Shown: positions 26,329 to 38,352 of the stretch, piece by piece
Numbering within the stretch: the first letter of the stretch is position 1
How the letters are laid out: every line of letters begins with the position of its first letter
DNA from: Octopus vulgaris
Taxonomy: Eukaryota
Length of the DNA stretch: 64,000 nucleotides
NCBI GenBank assembly: GCA_951406725.2
Contig: OX597815.1
Span: 41,044,001-41,108,000, forward strand
Direction: 5' to 3'
Notes under the pieces: model-generated
Seen by the model: only the letters and a program-made list of their open reading frames with translations
What the model was told of the DNA's origin: nothing
Database searches by the model: none
Translations under genes and position numbers: made by a program

Positions 26329-26863
26329 TATATATATATATACATACCATTTTGCAGTGTAACGCTTCATCATTTATTCAATGGCCTGAAGTGTTACACT
26401 GCAAAATGGTTTGATTCAAATATATTAAGCCTTCATTCCTCCTCTCAAAGCCCTTCTTTTCTTTTATTTTATGTATTTTTCGTCACTCTGATGAAGCTCC
26501 ATGTTCCAGATTGAATGTGCTATAGAATATGACGAATATTATTCTTAGAATTTTCTTTAACAGCACTGTGGGACATTGGAAGCAGAAATGGCTGTTAGAT
26601 GGGATAAAGTTTTGTATTAAAAAATAATAATTGATGGTAGTCAATTGTTGTTGATCAAGATTTCTCCATTTTCTGCTTAATTTAAATTTGATTCCTGATA
26701 AAATCTTGTTTATTTTTGTTATTGCCTGTATCCTTAGAGCATAATATGCTTGCATATGTATGCCCAGGGTTAACATAGGTAATTTATACTGGTAGTAAAA
26801 TGTATATTCTTATCCCTTAGATGGTTATTCCAACTGCTAACTCTACTAACCTATATATGTATG

Positions 26864-26926
<63 letters not shown>

Positions 26927-27026
26927 GTGTGTGTATATCTGTGTGTGTGTGTATATATATACTCACACACATACATGTATATCTATGTGTATATATACAT
27001 GTGTATATACATGTATATGTATATTC

Positions 27027-27344
27027 GTGGGTAAGGCCAGAACAATGCGAAATAAATCCAAGACAAATCACAAGAAAATAGGCAAATGAATTAATGATGA
27101 CCTGCCCTGCCTTCAGCATTTCAGGATTATGACCCTCTCTTTAGGAATTAGTGAATGTTGCAAATGCAACCCTCCCCTGGAATTAGCGAATGTTGCAGAT
27201 GTACATGTGTGGGAGTACATGTACATCTGCAGCATTTTCTAATTCCTGAAGAGAGGGAATGCAGAGTAAGTCACCATTAATTCATTTGCCTGTTTTCTTG
27301 TAATTTGCCTTGGATTTATTTCACATTGTTCTGGCTTTACCCAC
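27027..27344. repeat. ~320-bp imperfect inverted repeat
   Basis: 27027-27101 pairs with 27270-27344; 27133-27168 with ~27224-27257; central gatgtacatgt...acatgtacatc. Confidence 0.85.
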
Positions 27345-27528
27345 AAATTTTATATAATATATTCCACACAATGCTTTATACTAACTATTCCATAATTATA
27401 TATATATGTAATTGAAAAAGACACAAACCTGGAAGTATGTATAATACTACTACTGGATAGCACAGGGTAAATCTGAAGGTTGATGAGCCTTATACTGTAC
27501 TCTACTATGATCTTAATGGAGTATACCA

Positions 27529-27571
<43 letters not shown>

Positions 27572-27597
27572 TTAATATATTTATATATATTAATATA

Positions 27598-27875
27598 TCA
27601 CGTGATCACGTGACCGACCAGTCCAATGCGTTCGCATTGTTTTTAGCCTTCGAATGACACCACCCCGCTGGCTAAGCGAGCAGGCCAACAGAAGAAAGAG
27701 TAGGAGAAAGAGTGGTGAAAGAGTACAGCAGGGATCACCACCCCCTCCCGGAGCCTCATGGAGCTTTTAGGTGTTTTTGCTCAATAAACACTCACAACGC
27801 CCGGTTTGGGAATCGAAACCGCGATCCTAAGACCGCGAGTCTGCTGCCCTAACCACTGGGCCATTGCACTTCCAC
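27598..27875 (-). mobile_element. tRNA-derived SINE, family C
   Basis: Minus-strand head tggcccagtggttagggcagcagactcgcggtcttaggatcgcggtttcgattccc (A and B boxes, tRNA-like). Confidence 0.8.
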
Positions 27876-28201
27876 ATCTATTAATATATATGAAACTGTA
27901 TATATTCAATTCTTCTTTATTGCATTGCATCAGTGATTGAAATTCTTATGCACTTAACTTGTGCAAATAACTGAATTGGCATAGTAATTTGATAAGTATA
28001 AAATTTTGATAAATTTTTCATTGTAAAGTATTGTGACTGATATAAATATATAGTTTATAAAGCAAAATATTCACAATAACTGCTCTTTTCCATGTTCTTG
28101 TGTTTATAGTATTAAATGTTATGTTAACTGTTTTTAGAAAGTAATTACCACCTTTTTACAAGTGAAATAATACACCTTTATTTGATTTATTTTTTCAAAA
28201 G

Positions 28202-28369
28202 CGGTTGATTTGCTGTGAGTGTGCAGAAGTTGTGGTTTATAAAACTTCCAGTAACAATGAAACCGTTTGTCAGCAGTGTCTTTCAAGACGGACTGAGCGT
28301 AAAGAAACCATTCAAGAAATTGTACAGACAGAAGTCAACTACGGCAGAGACCTTAAAATTATTTTGGAG
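28202..28369 (+). CDS. RhoGEF exon: Cys-rich segment + start of DH domain (RLICCECAE...CQQCLSRRTERKETIQEIVQTEVNYGRDLKIILE)
   Basis: tttttcaaaAG acceptor, GAG|GTAAAA donor, 168 nt phase 0/0; EIVQTEVNYGRDL matches the DH conserved region 1 pattern (ExxxTExxYxxxL). Confidence 0.9.
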
Positions 28370-29336
28370 GTAAAATTCTACCAGCTTTCTTCAGTTTTTT
28401 TTTATTCACAGTCATGATTTCTTTCTCCCTTTGTGGGCATTAGCATGGTTTCTGAAGAACAGATTTATTGGAGAATTACTTTCCTATGTTGTGCAGAAGT
28501 TGTCTTTTACTTTTGAAAACTTTAGCAAAAATAATTCGTAGCTGCTCATGGAATCAAGTATTTCTATATTGTTGAACAATTCTATCATTACTAACCCTTC
28601 AATTATCAAGTGGGAATAGACACTGACATCAGGCAGGGAAACTGAAGTCAGTGGAGTTATGTGTCATTATGCAAGATCATGAAACAGCTGTAACAATAGT
28701 GAAGTTTGAACTTATAACCAAATTTTCAGTAATTCAACTGTTGAATGTGATTTGCTTATGTTGTTCCTTTATAGCCCAACATCAAATCTGATTCAGTAGG
28801 CCTGTGATCAAAAGCATTCTAGCCATGGCTACCTCATCTTTTTTTGTATGTCTAGGACATTGTCTATTAACGTGTTCTTCCTTTTTTACATATGGTAGGA
28901 TGTGATATGAGGGAATTCAGCTGCTATTTCTAGCATGTTGAACATCTGTGTAGAGCAGTAGTTTCCAATGTAATATATTCCCTGCATCTGTAGATCACTT
29001 CCAACAAACTTGACTCAATGCATAAAATACAAATGTAAATCAAACAATTAGAAAAATCTGTAAACACTGAAATTGATCACAATTATGAGCAGAAAATGCA
29101 CTTCTTTGTTCTTACTTCTCATTCATGATTTTATCAAAACATGGAACTGTTATGGAACTGATTGCAATCTGCAGGTCTTGCTTGTGGATTCAGGTGATTT
29201 GTAGATTTTGTCTTGACTAACAAAAGAGAATTGAAACCAAATTCACACAAGTATACTATTGCAAGAGGAATGAAGACACAGTTATGGGTTATAACTTACT
29301 GAGGACTAAATCTACATATGTTGAATAATAAAGATA

Positions 29337-29747
29337 CTCCCTTTTACTTGTTTCAGTCATTTGACTGTGGCCATGCTGGAGCATCACCTTTAGTCGAGCA
29401 AATTGACCCCAGGACTTATTCTTTGTAAGCCTGGTACTTATTCTATTGGTCCCTTTAGCTGAACTGCTAAGTTAGGGGGATGTAAACACACCAGCATTGG
29501 TTGTCAAGCAATGTTGGCAGGACAAACACAGACACACAAACGTATACACACATACATACATACATACATATATATATATATATCCGACGGGCTTCATTCA
29601 GTTTCCGTCTACCAAATCCACTCACAAGGCTTTGGTCGGCCTGAGGCTATAGTAGAAGACACTTGCCCAAGGTGTCATGTAGTGGGACTGAACCTGGAAC
29701 CATGTGGTTCGTAAGCAAGCTACTTACCACACAGCCATTCCTACGCC
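29337..29747 (-). mobile_element. tRNA-derived SINE, family A
   Basis: Reverse-complement homolog of 46301-46722. Confidence 0.88.
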
Positions 29748-30900
29748 TGGATGTATTTATTAGAATAAAGTTATTTTTAAGAGCTAATTAATAAGTCGAT
29801 TCTGATAAGAGATTTCCCCTCTCTTTTCACACTTTCATGAACTTACTTCCCCATTCACCTTGTCTAATCCACTTGACCAATTCTCTTATATTCATCAACT
29901 AGTGATTTGGGGACACACCCTTACACCTCTTCATGACCATCATCTCTCATTTTCCATTGGGGTAGCCATGTACCTTTTTTTTACTGTAAGATATCTGTTT
30001 CTATCATACTGTAATGTCTCATCACCTGACATTAAGCTATTTCCCTCAGTACTGCGTCCACTCAGTTGTGGGGTTTGTCTTGCAAGTTACTTGGTGACTT
30101 CACTAGTACTGGTGCCATGTAAAAAGCACCCAGTACGCTCTGTAAAGTGGTTGGTATTTGGAAGGACATTCAACCATAGAAACCATGCCAAAGCAGACAC
30201 TGGAGCTTGGCATAGTGCAGTTCTCTGGTCTGTCAGCTTCTATTAAACCCATGCCAGCATAGAAAACAGATGTCAAACGCTGCCACTGCCAATGATGACG
30301 ATGATATACTTTCCATCTTTGTTACATCCTTTAAAATGCATCTTGCATTTACAGGGATGCAAGCAGCTTAAGTTGGGAACTGCTGGTGTAGAAACTCCCT
30401 GATTAACTTGTGATTAATTAGTAATTTGTTTGGCAGTGGGGATCAAGACTTTATACTAGTTTGTTATTTAAACAATCTTCTTTTAAAGTACCAGTGGGTA
30501 TAACACCTAGAATCTAACTACAAACATGGAATGATACTATTTTGTCTCAGAGAAACTTCCAGATGCTCTTCCTAATGCCAAACACTTTACGGAGTGTACT
30601 GGGATCTTTTATGCAGCACTGGGTATCTTAATGTGACACTGACACAGGTGTTTTTTTTTTATGTAGCATTGACACCCATGAGCCTACAAGATTAGGATCA
30701 CTCAGCTGTCAGCTGAAGAAGGATATAGGGGATATGCCTGTATGCAAAGATAACCACAATTTTACTTGACTTGTCTTCTAAATCACAGCAAACCACCAGA
30801 AGTCTCGTAGTCTCATATTACTAATTATTATAAAAATGGTATCCAGTAGAATCAATACTATTCTCATTAATAGCTAAGAGAGTGTTAGAAATGTCCTGGA

Positions 30901-31133
30901 TTAACCCATTTTTTTTTACCACATTTCTGTTAAGATACTCTGTGTTTCTTTCAATTAATTTTAAATATAACAAAAAATTTAGTAAAATAACTTAGCTGTC
31001 ATTAAGCTAGTGTTAAGAACATAAATTGTGACTAAGGTTTGGTGGGAGATTTTAATTTAGAACTTTTGAAAACAAGACATTTATACTACAGAGCCAGAGG
31101 TGGCTTCCGGCGGGTTGGTATCAAAAGGGTTAA
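30901..31133. mobile_element. piggyBac-like MITE
   Basis: TTAA|CCC ... AAAAGGG|TTAA termini; related degenerate copy at ~32390-32625. Confidence 0.55.
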
Positions 31134-31495
31134 ATGAATTTAATTACACTTCTTATATCATTAACAATCCCTATATTAAATGTTTGGTTTTACTTTTTAT
31201 TTATTTTACATGCTGTTTTCCATTTTATTTTCTTGAATATAAAAGTCTGTAGGGAGGAGACTGAACTCATGGTTTCATTGGTCCTTAAAGATTGATGACA
31301 TTAGTGCAATTAATGTTTATCTTTAACAAATGCAAGTCAATAATTTTAAAGAAACAAAAAATAATACTTTAGAGAAATGAAAAGCAAAGGTGACTGTTGC
31401 AGAATTTGAACTCAGAATGCACAGTGCTAGAACATAAGTTGCAATGCATTTTGACTGATCTCACTCAAACAATTCTACCAAATCACCACCCACCT

Positions 31496-31527
<32 letters not shown>

Positions 31528-31550
31528 ATAATAATAATAATAATAATAAC

Positions 31551-31765
31551 AATCCTTTCTACTAAAGGCATAAGGCCTGAAATTTTGGGGGAGGGAACCT
31601 GTTGATCACACTGACTTCAGTGTTTCACTGGTACTTAATTTATCAACCCTGAAAGGATGCAAAGCAAAGTTGATCTCAGTAAAATTTGAACTCAGAATGC
31701 AGTGATGGGTGAAATACCACTAAGCATTTTGCCCGGCATGCTAACAATTCTGCCAGCTTGCCACC

Positions 31766-31766
<1 letters not shown>
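31551..31766 (-). mobile_element. SINE, family B (~210 bp)
   Basis: Reverse-complement homolog of 52307-52518. Other copies at ~7332-7425(-), ~7990-8195(-), ~54575-54790(-), ~62712-62900(+). Confidence 0.8.
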
Positions 31767-31808
<42 letters not shown>

Positions 31809-31809
<1 letters not shown>

Positions 31810-31939
31810 TGCACACATCCTACGCAAAACACTTTCAATACAGTAATCATCAGAGCACTACAACAAATCACAACACATACCCAAGGCACACAGAGCTGCG
31901 CTCGGTAATGAAGTGAAACACGTTATAAAAATAAAACTA

Positions 31940-32025
<86 letters not shown>

Positions 32026-32280
32026 TAATGTGCCAATTGTTATTGGGTCCTTGGGGATGATATCAGAAGGCATCAAGAGGAATATAAAGGAAATCAGGAT
32101 AGAGTGTCCAGAAGAACTGTTACAAAAGGCTCACTTCTTTTGGCATGGCCAGAATAATCAGGAAAATATTAGATAGTTGAAAAGAACATAGCATGGTACT
32201 GTAGGCTGCAGGTAGATAATCCACTATGCATGCAAGATTCCAGGAGTTCCAACAAAACCTGAGTTACAAACAAAAATAAT
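31809..32280 (+). mobile_element. Two short Dong/R4-like 3' fragments separated and flanked by (TAA)n
   Basis: 31811 onward encodes AHILRKTLSIQ*; 32030 onward encodes VPIVIGSLGMIS...ELLQKA. Both match the C-terminus of ORF 53174-53602. Confidence 0.7.
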
Positions 32281-32672
32281 AATAGTAATAATTATGGCTT
32301 AACATTTAGGTGCTAAGTCAGCAGGTTGGCATCAAAAGGTTAAAATTGAATCTTTTCTTTTAATCTTTATGTGGTATATTTTTAATGAAATTTGCCACCC
32401 ATGCTTCCTCAATTAATTTTGAAAATAATGAAATATGTGAAGGGATTTAATAAAATACTTAAACTTCATTATTAAGCTGGTATTTAGAAAATAATTTACC
32501 AAAATGTTCTTAGATATATTCATAATGAAATGTTTTTACTTTAGATATAAACACTTTAAAGAGAGAGACTGTGTATTATGAAAGCAGAGGTGGCTGAAGG
32601 CATTGATGATCTCAAAAGGGTTAGGAGAATGAATGAAAGAAATTGTTATTGTTTTTGTTTTTATCATTGCAG

Positions 32673-32825
32673 GAATTTTATATACCTATGAAGAAAGCCA
32701 ATCTTTTGGAAAATAAAGAATTAGCTTCAATATTTTTGAATTTAGAGGAACTAGTTCATGTTAATGAAAAATTCACCAAGCAGCTATCAGGAATATTACA
32801 AGAAGCTTCCAATAAAAAGGATGAG
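32673..32825 (+). CDS. RhoGEF DH-domain exon (EFYIPMKKANLLENKELASIFLNLEELVHVNEKFTKQLSGILQEASNKKDE)
   Basis: ttgcAG acceptor, GAG|GTTAGT donor, 153 nt phase 0/0; IFxNLEEL is the DH conserved region 2 motif. Confidence 0.92.
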
Positions 32826-32934
32826 GTTAGTAATGATTATATGCACCTATTCTATAATGTGAGGACCAGTGGCATTGTTAGTCCTTGTTTGTCCCCTCTA
32901 TGTTTAGCCCCCTGTGGGCAATAAAGAAATATAT

Positions 32935-33835
32935 AATATGAGGATCAGAAGCATGAGTTGTTCATGATTGTGAGACAGAGTGTTAGAGAGAACAGATGTC
33001 ATTAGAGAGAAGTAAATTTGAAATGACAAAGGCATCCTTGCCATTGCTGCTAATGATTAGAAAGAGGCATGGAAATGTTATAAAGAGAAGCTGTTGGATG
33101 TGGGGAATGCATGGGATAAAGAATAAAGGGGGACTACCTCATGTTGACCTAACTAGGAGACCAATAATTTAAGATGACAGAAATGAGACAGATAAAGTGA
33201 TTAAAAAAAGAAGGTAGGGAAAACTAGTGGACCAACAAGAAAAGTCACTGAGATGCTCACAATATCAAGTCAGTGACTGACGTAGCAGTATTGATGTAAG
33301 CTGCTACAAGGGTAAAGGAGATACTTTAGAGAGAGAGAGGAAATTATAGAGCCATCAGATTCTTGGATCAGACTGTGAAGATCACATAGAGAAGCATAAC
33401 ACAAGATCAGAAATGAAGTTCGTTCAGATGAAATGCAGTTCAGTGTTATACCTCAAAAGAGGTACCACAGATGCAATTTTCCTAATAATACAATTTGGCT
33501 TGAAATACTTGGCTAAGAGTAAACAACTGTAACTGGCATTCGTTGACTTGTGTAAACCCTTTGACAGAGTGCCACACTCTATAATCTGTTGGTCAAGCTA
33601 TGTATAAAGCTATAGTAAGTAAAGTGAGAATGGATTTAGTGTGAAGATAGGGGTCCATCAAGGTTCAGTTTTCAGCTCTCTCCAATTCATCATATTGTAC
33701 AGGCCATTACAGAGAAGTCTAGTACTAGCTGTTTATGGGAAAACCTATATGCTGATGGTTTAGTTCTTGTAGTTGAATCTTTATTAGAATTAGGAGAAAT
33801 TCTGGGCATGAAAGTAAAACCTGGAATCAAAAGGC
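32935..33835 (+). mobile_element. Old, heavily decayed RTE RT fragment
   Basis: Collinear with 35904-36900 (NYRAIRFLDQ, LAFVDL.KPFDRVP, GVHQGSV, LYADGLVL), with many stops and indels. Confidence 0.8.
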
Positions 33836-34037
33836 CAATCACTCCCCCTAGCCACTATCTCATCATCCATCTGCTATTACCAATCACTCCCTCTCTCTCT
33901 TTCTGATCGCATCTACATACTCCTGCCTTCTTCATATCATATTCTTGTTCCTTCTACCCTCCTACTCATTAAGAGCCTTTTTCATGTCATTGTTCTTTCT
34001 CTTCTTTCTCTCCTATTCCTCTTCTTTGTCACCTGAA

Positions 34038-34253
34038 CAAGGGGGTGCTGAAAAGTTCCTGACCCTAAGTGTGTCATAAAAAGTCTGGTTTGAGGCCCAG
34101 CCTTCCAAATGTTTTTACAAGGCTTAGAAGAATTGAAGGACCACTGTAATAAGTGTGTGAGTCTGAGAGTGAATCTGTTGAATAAAAATCATAATTAATT
34201 GATTCTTCTGTATTTTCTTTTACCCAAAGCCAGGAACTTTTCAGCACCCCTCG
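34038..34253. mobile_element. Mariner-type MITE (~215 bp)
   Basis: TIRs ggggtgctgaaaagttcctg / caggaacttttcagcacccc; homologous to 11793-12013. Confidence 0.8.
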
Positions 34254-35058
34254 TGCAAATGTATGTTCCCTAATTTATTGAGTATTCTCTATATCTACAT
34301 TTACTTCTGTATCCCCATCTATCAAATATGTATCTCTTATGATAAAATTTATGATATTTCTGTTGTCATTGTTCCCTTTCCAAATTTACATTTACAGTAC
34401 ATTTATCATGTACTGTTGATAGTGTAAAGTGGTTGGATAAATGAGCAGAGAAAGTCTTATAAGAGTTATGAAGTCTCTCTAGTCCTGTCTTACCAAGACT
34501 GTTTAACCCTCTAGCATTGGTGCCATGAGAAAATGCACCCAGTACATTCCAGTTGGTGTTAGGAAGGTCATCTGTCCTTAGAAATCAAACCAAATGACAT
34601 GTATGAGTACCTAGTCTTTGGGACCAATAGCTCAGATTATGATGACCTGTTCAGCCCATGTCAGGGTTGAAAATGATGATGATGATGATAGTGCAAGGAA
34701 TATTCAGAGAAAATCTTAGTGAATGTTGTTGCTATTGGCTTTTAGAGTATTTGTTTTCATTATAATAACATGCAAACAGGATGTTTTCATATCAGTCATC
34801 ACTTTTTTCTTGGAAAATTTCCATAACACCTTCATTTAAATAAAGCTCAAGCCCAGATTGCAAACTAGAATATATGATTGGACTAAAGCATGAATAATAG
34901 ATTACAAAAAAAAAAAAAATGACTATTTATATAACTGCTATAGTCATGCCTGATTTATTGTATTAAGTTTCTGTATAAACTGTCACTTAGTATTTGAATG
35001 GAAAATTTCCATAAAACCTACATTTGAAGTTATTTCCTTTCTTTTGATTAATATCCAG

Positions 35059-35142
35059 GATTACCAGAAAGTCAATATTGGTCAACTTTTTCAAGAATAC
35101 TTCCATATGTTCCAAGCTTTTGAAAAGTACTGTGTAAATCAG
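35059..35142 (+). CDS. RhoGEF DH-domain exon (DYQKVNIGQLFQEYFHMFQAFEKYCVNQ)
   Basis: atccAG acceptor, CAG|GTAAAC donor, 84 nt phase 0/0; IGxLF...YCxNQ DH pattern. Confidence 0.92.
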
Positions 35143-35540
35143 GTAAACAATATTGCTGTTGACCCTCATTTGTCTGCCAATGTTTTAATTCACCAGATTA
35201 ATTTATCAGATAACCTGTGCAAAATTTTGTGAACAAGGAAGAAAAACAGTAATAAAAAGCTAAAAGGGAAACAGAAAAACATTAGGGGAATTTAGATACA
35301 TTTTTATAGAATGCAACTACATCTACTAGTTAAACTTGTTATGTGCATGCATGGCTATTGGCACTGGTTTGGCTGTAGGTGCAGGCATGACTGTATAGTA
35401 AGAAGTTTACTTCCTAACCACATGATTCCTGATTCAGTCCTACTGTGTGACACCTTGGGCAAGTAGCTTCTAGTATAACCTTGGGCTGATTAAAGCCTTG
35501 TGAATGCATTTGGTAGTCAGAAACTGAAACAAACCTGTTG

Positions 35541-35579
<39 letters not shown>

Positions 35580-35583
35580 GTAT

Positions 35584-35643
<60 letters not shown>

Positions 35644-35839
35644 GAGAAAGAAGCAACAAGAATGGATTAGTTTTTAGAACAATTGTACTAAAAACTAATC
35701 CATTCTTGTTGCTTCATTCTCGTTTATAATCACCCCACATTACTGTATGGTTAACACCATATAGTTTTTCTGGTGCATCTAAGTTAAGTACCACATTCAA
35801 GTAAATTCATTGGAATTTACTTGAATCTTAATTGCTTTG

Positions 35840-35878
<39 letters not shown>

Positions 35879-35902
35879 ATGTATGTATGTATGTGTATGT
35901 AT

Positions 35903-38352
35903 TTCATGTTGCAAGACAGTGTGTGAGAGAGAATTGTGATGTGGTAGGAGAGAAGTGTGTTCGCATGGATGATGGTTCACTTGCGCTAAATGAGGATGCA
36001 AAGAGAGAGGTTTGGGGATGCCACTATAAAGGTTGCTGAATAAAGAAAATGAATGGGATAAAGAGAGTCTGTCGAATGTTGACCCAACAGAGGGACCAGC
36101 TATCCGAGTTGATAGTTCCGTGGTAGCTAAGGCAATTAGAAGCATGAAGACAGGGAAAGCCCCAGGCCCATCAGGAATTACTGCAGAGATGCTCAAAATA
36201 TCTGGCAGTGTCGGCTATAACCTAGTCACACGTATAGTCAACCAGGGATACACGAAGGAGTCATACCCAATGACTGGTGTAGCAGCATACTAGTCAACTG
36301 CTACAAAGGTAAAGGTGATGCCCTAGATACAAATAATTACAGAGGTATCAAGCTGTTGGATCAGGTAATGGAGGTTACGGAGAGGATCATAGCCCAACTA
36401 ATTAGAGAGAGAGTTAGTTTAGATGAGATGCAGTTTGGGTTCGTGCCAGGGAAAAGCACCACTGATGCTATATTCCTGGTAAGGCAGCTGCAGGAGAAAT
36501 ACCTAGCCAAAGATAAGCCCCTGTACCTGGCTTTCGTTGACATGGAGAAAGCCTTTGATAGGGTCCCCCGATCCCTCATCTGGTGGTCAATGAGGAAACT
36601 AGGGATAGATGAATGGCTGGTGAGGGCTGTGCAAGCCATGTACAGAGATGCCGTAAGTAAGGTTAGGGTTGGCAACATGTACACAGAAGAATTCAAAGTA
36701 GAGGTTGGGGTCCACCAGGGTTCAGTACTCAGCCCCCTCCTATTTATCATAGTCCTCCAGGCAATTGTGGAGGAATTCAAGACAGGTTGCCCCTGGGAGC
36801 TCCTCTATGCTGACGACCTCGCTCTAATTGCTGAGTCACTATCAGAACTGGAGGAGAAGTTCCAGGTGTGGAAGGAGGGTTTAGAATCGAGGGGCCTTAG
36901 AGTCAACCTAGCTAAAACCAAAGTACTAATAAGTAGAAAGGTAGACAATCCACAAATGTCTTCAGGAAGATGGCCCTGCTCGATCTGTAGAAAAGGTGTA
37001 GGTAGAAACTCTATAAGATGTACCCAGTGTAAGCTATGGACACATAAGAGGTGCAGCAATGTCAAAGGTAGGCTAACTGGGAAGATAGTTTTTGTATGTG
37101 GCAGATGCTCGGGAGCATTGACCTCCGAAAATCTGCAGAAAACAACTTCCGTCACTTTCCAGGGGGAAAAACTAGAAGTAGTTGATAGCTTCCGTTATCT
37201 AGGTGACCAAGTCAGTAGTGGGGGTGGGTGCGCTGAGAGTGTAACTGCTAGAATAAGAATAGCCTGGGCAAAGTTTAAGGAGCTCTTACCTCTGCTGGTG
37301 ACTAAAGGCCTCTCGCTCAGAGTAAAAGGCAGACTGTATGATGCATGTGTACGAACTGCCATGCTACATGGCAGTGAAACATGGGCCGTGACTGCTGAGG
37401 ACATGCGTAAGCTCATGAGGAATGAAGCCAGTATGCTCCGATGGATGTGTAATGTCAGTGTACTTACTCGACAGAGCGTTAGTTCTTTGAGAGAAATGTT
37501 GTACCTAAGAAGCATCAGTTGTGGTGTGCAAGAGAGACGATTGCGCTGGTATGGTCATGTGGCAAGAATGGATGAAGATAGGTGTGTAAGAAAGTGCCAA
37601 TCCCTAGCAGTTGAGGGAAACCGTGGAAGAGGTAGACCCAGGAAAACCTGGGACGAGGTGGTGAAGCACGACCTTCGAACGTTGGGTCTCACCATGGAAA
37701 TGACTAGAGACCGAGACCTATGAAAGTATGCTGTGCGTGAGAAGACCCGGCAAGACTAGTGAAGCCAAAACCCGTGGCCCCTACCTGGGACGTAGTCAGT
37801 CCACCTGTGCATACCTTACTTCTTGTGACACTTGTGAAGACCTGTTGAGGCAAGTGAAAATCAAATCAAATCAAAATAGATGAACATCAATGGAATTTGT
37901 ATCCTTGTGGTACCAGTGCCGGTGGCACATAAGAAAACCATCCGAACATGGCCAGTACCGCATCGACTGGCCTCCGTGCTGTGGGCACGTAACAAACACC
38001 ATCTGATCATGGCCATCCGCCAGCCTCGTCTGGCACCTGTGTCGGTGGCACATAAAAAAACACCATCCGAGCGTGGCTGTCTGCCAGCCTCGTCTGGCAC
38101 CTGTGTCGGTGGCACATAAAAAACACCATCCGAGCGTGGCTGTCTGCCAGCCTCGTCTGGCACCTGTGTCGGTGGCACATAAAATCACCCACTACACTCT
38201 CGGAGTGGTTGGCGTTAGGAAGGGCATCCAGCTGTAGGAACACTGCCAGATCTGACTGGCCTGGGGCAGCCTTCGGGCTTGCCAGACCCCAGTTGAACCG
38301 TCCAACCCATGCTAGCATGGAAAGCGGACGTTAAACGATGATGATGATGATG
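35903..38352 (+). mobile_element. Young 5'-truncated RTE LINE (~2.45 kb): RT with internal PHD-type finger, tandem-repeat 3' UTR, (GAT)n tail
   Basis: ORF 36356-37723 has QFGFVPGKST, FVDMEKAFDRV, HQGSVLSPLLF, LYADD, FRYLGD, MLHGSETW, GRPRKTW. Upstream frames (KAPGPSGITAEML) are joined by two apparent 1-nt deletions. No endonuclease domain (truncated). Confidence 0.95.

Noticed and set aside
26485-26545. ctgatgaagc, a possible hammerhead 5' box (also 9060 and 14575)
   Set aside because: No correctly placed stem II + GAAA and no stem I pairing.
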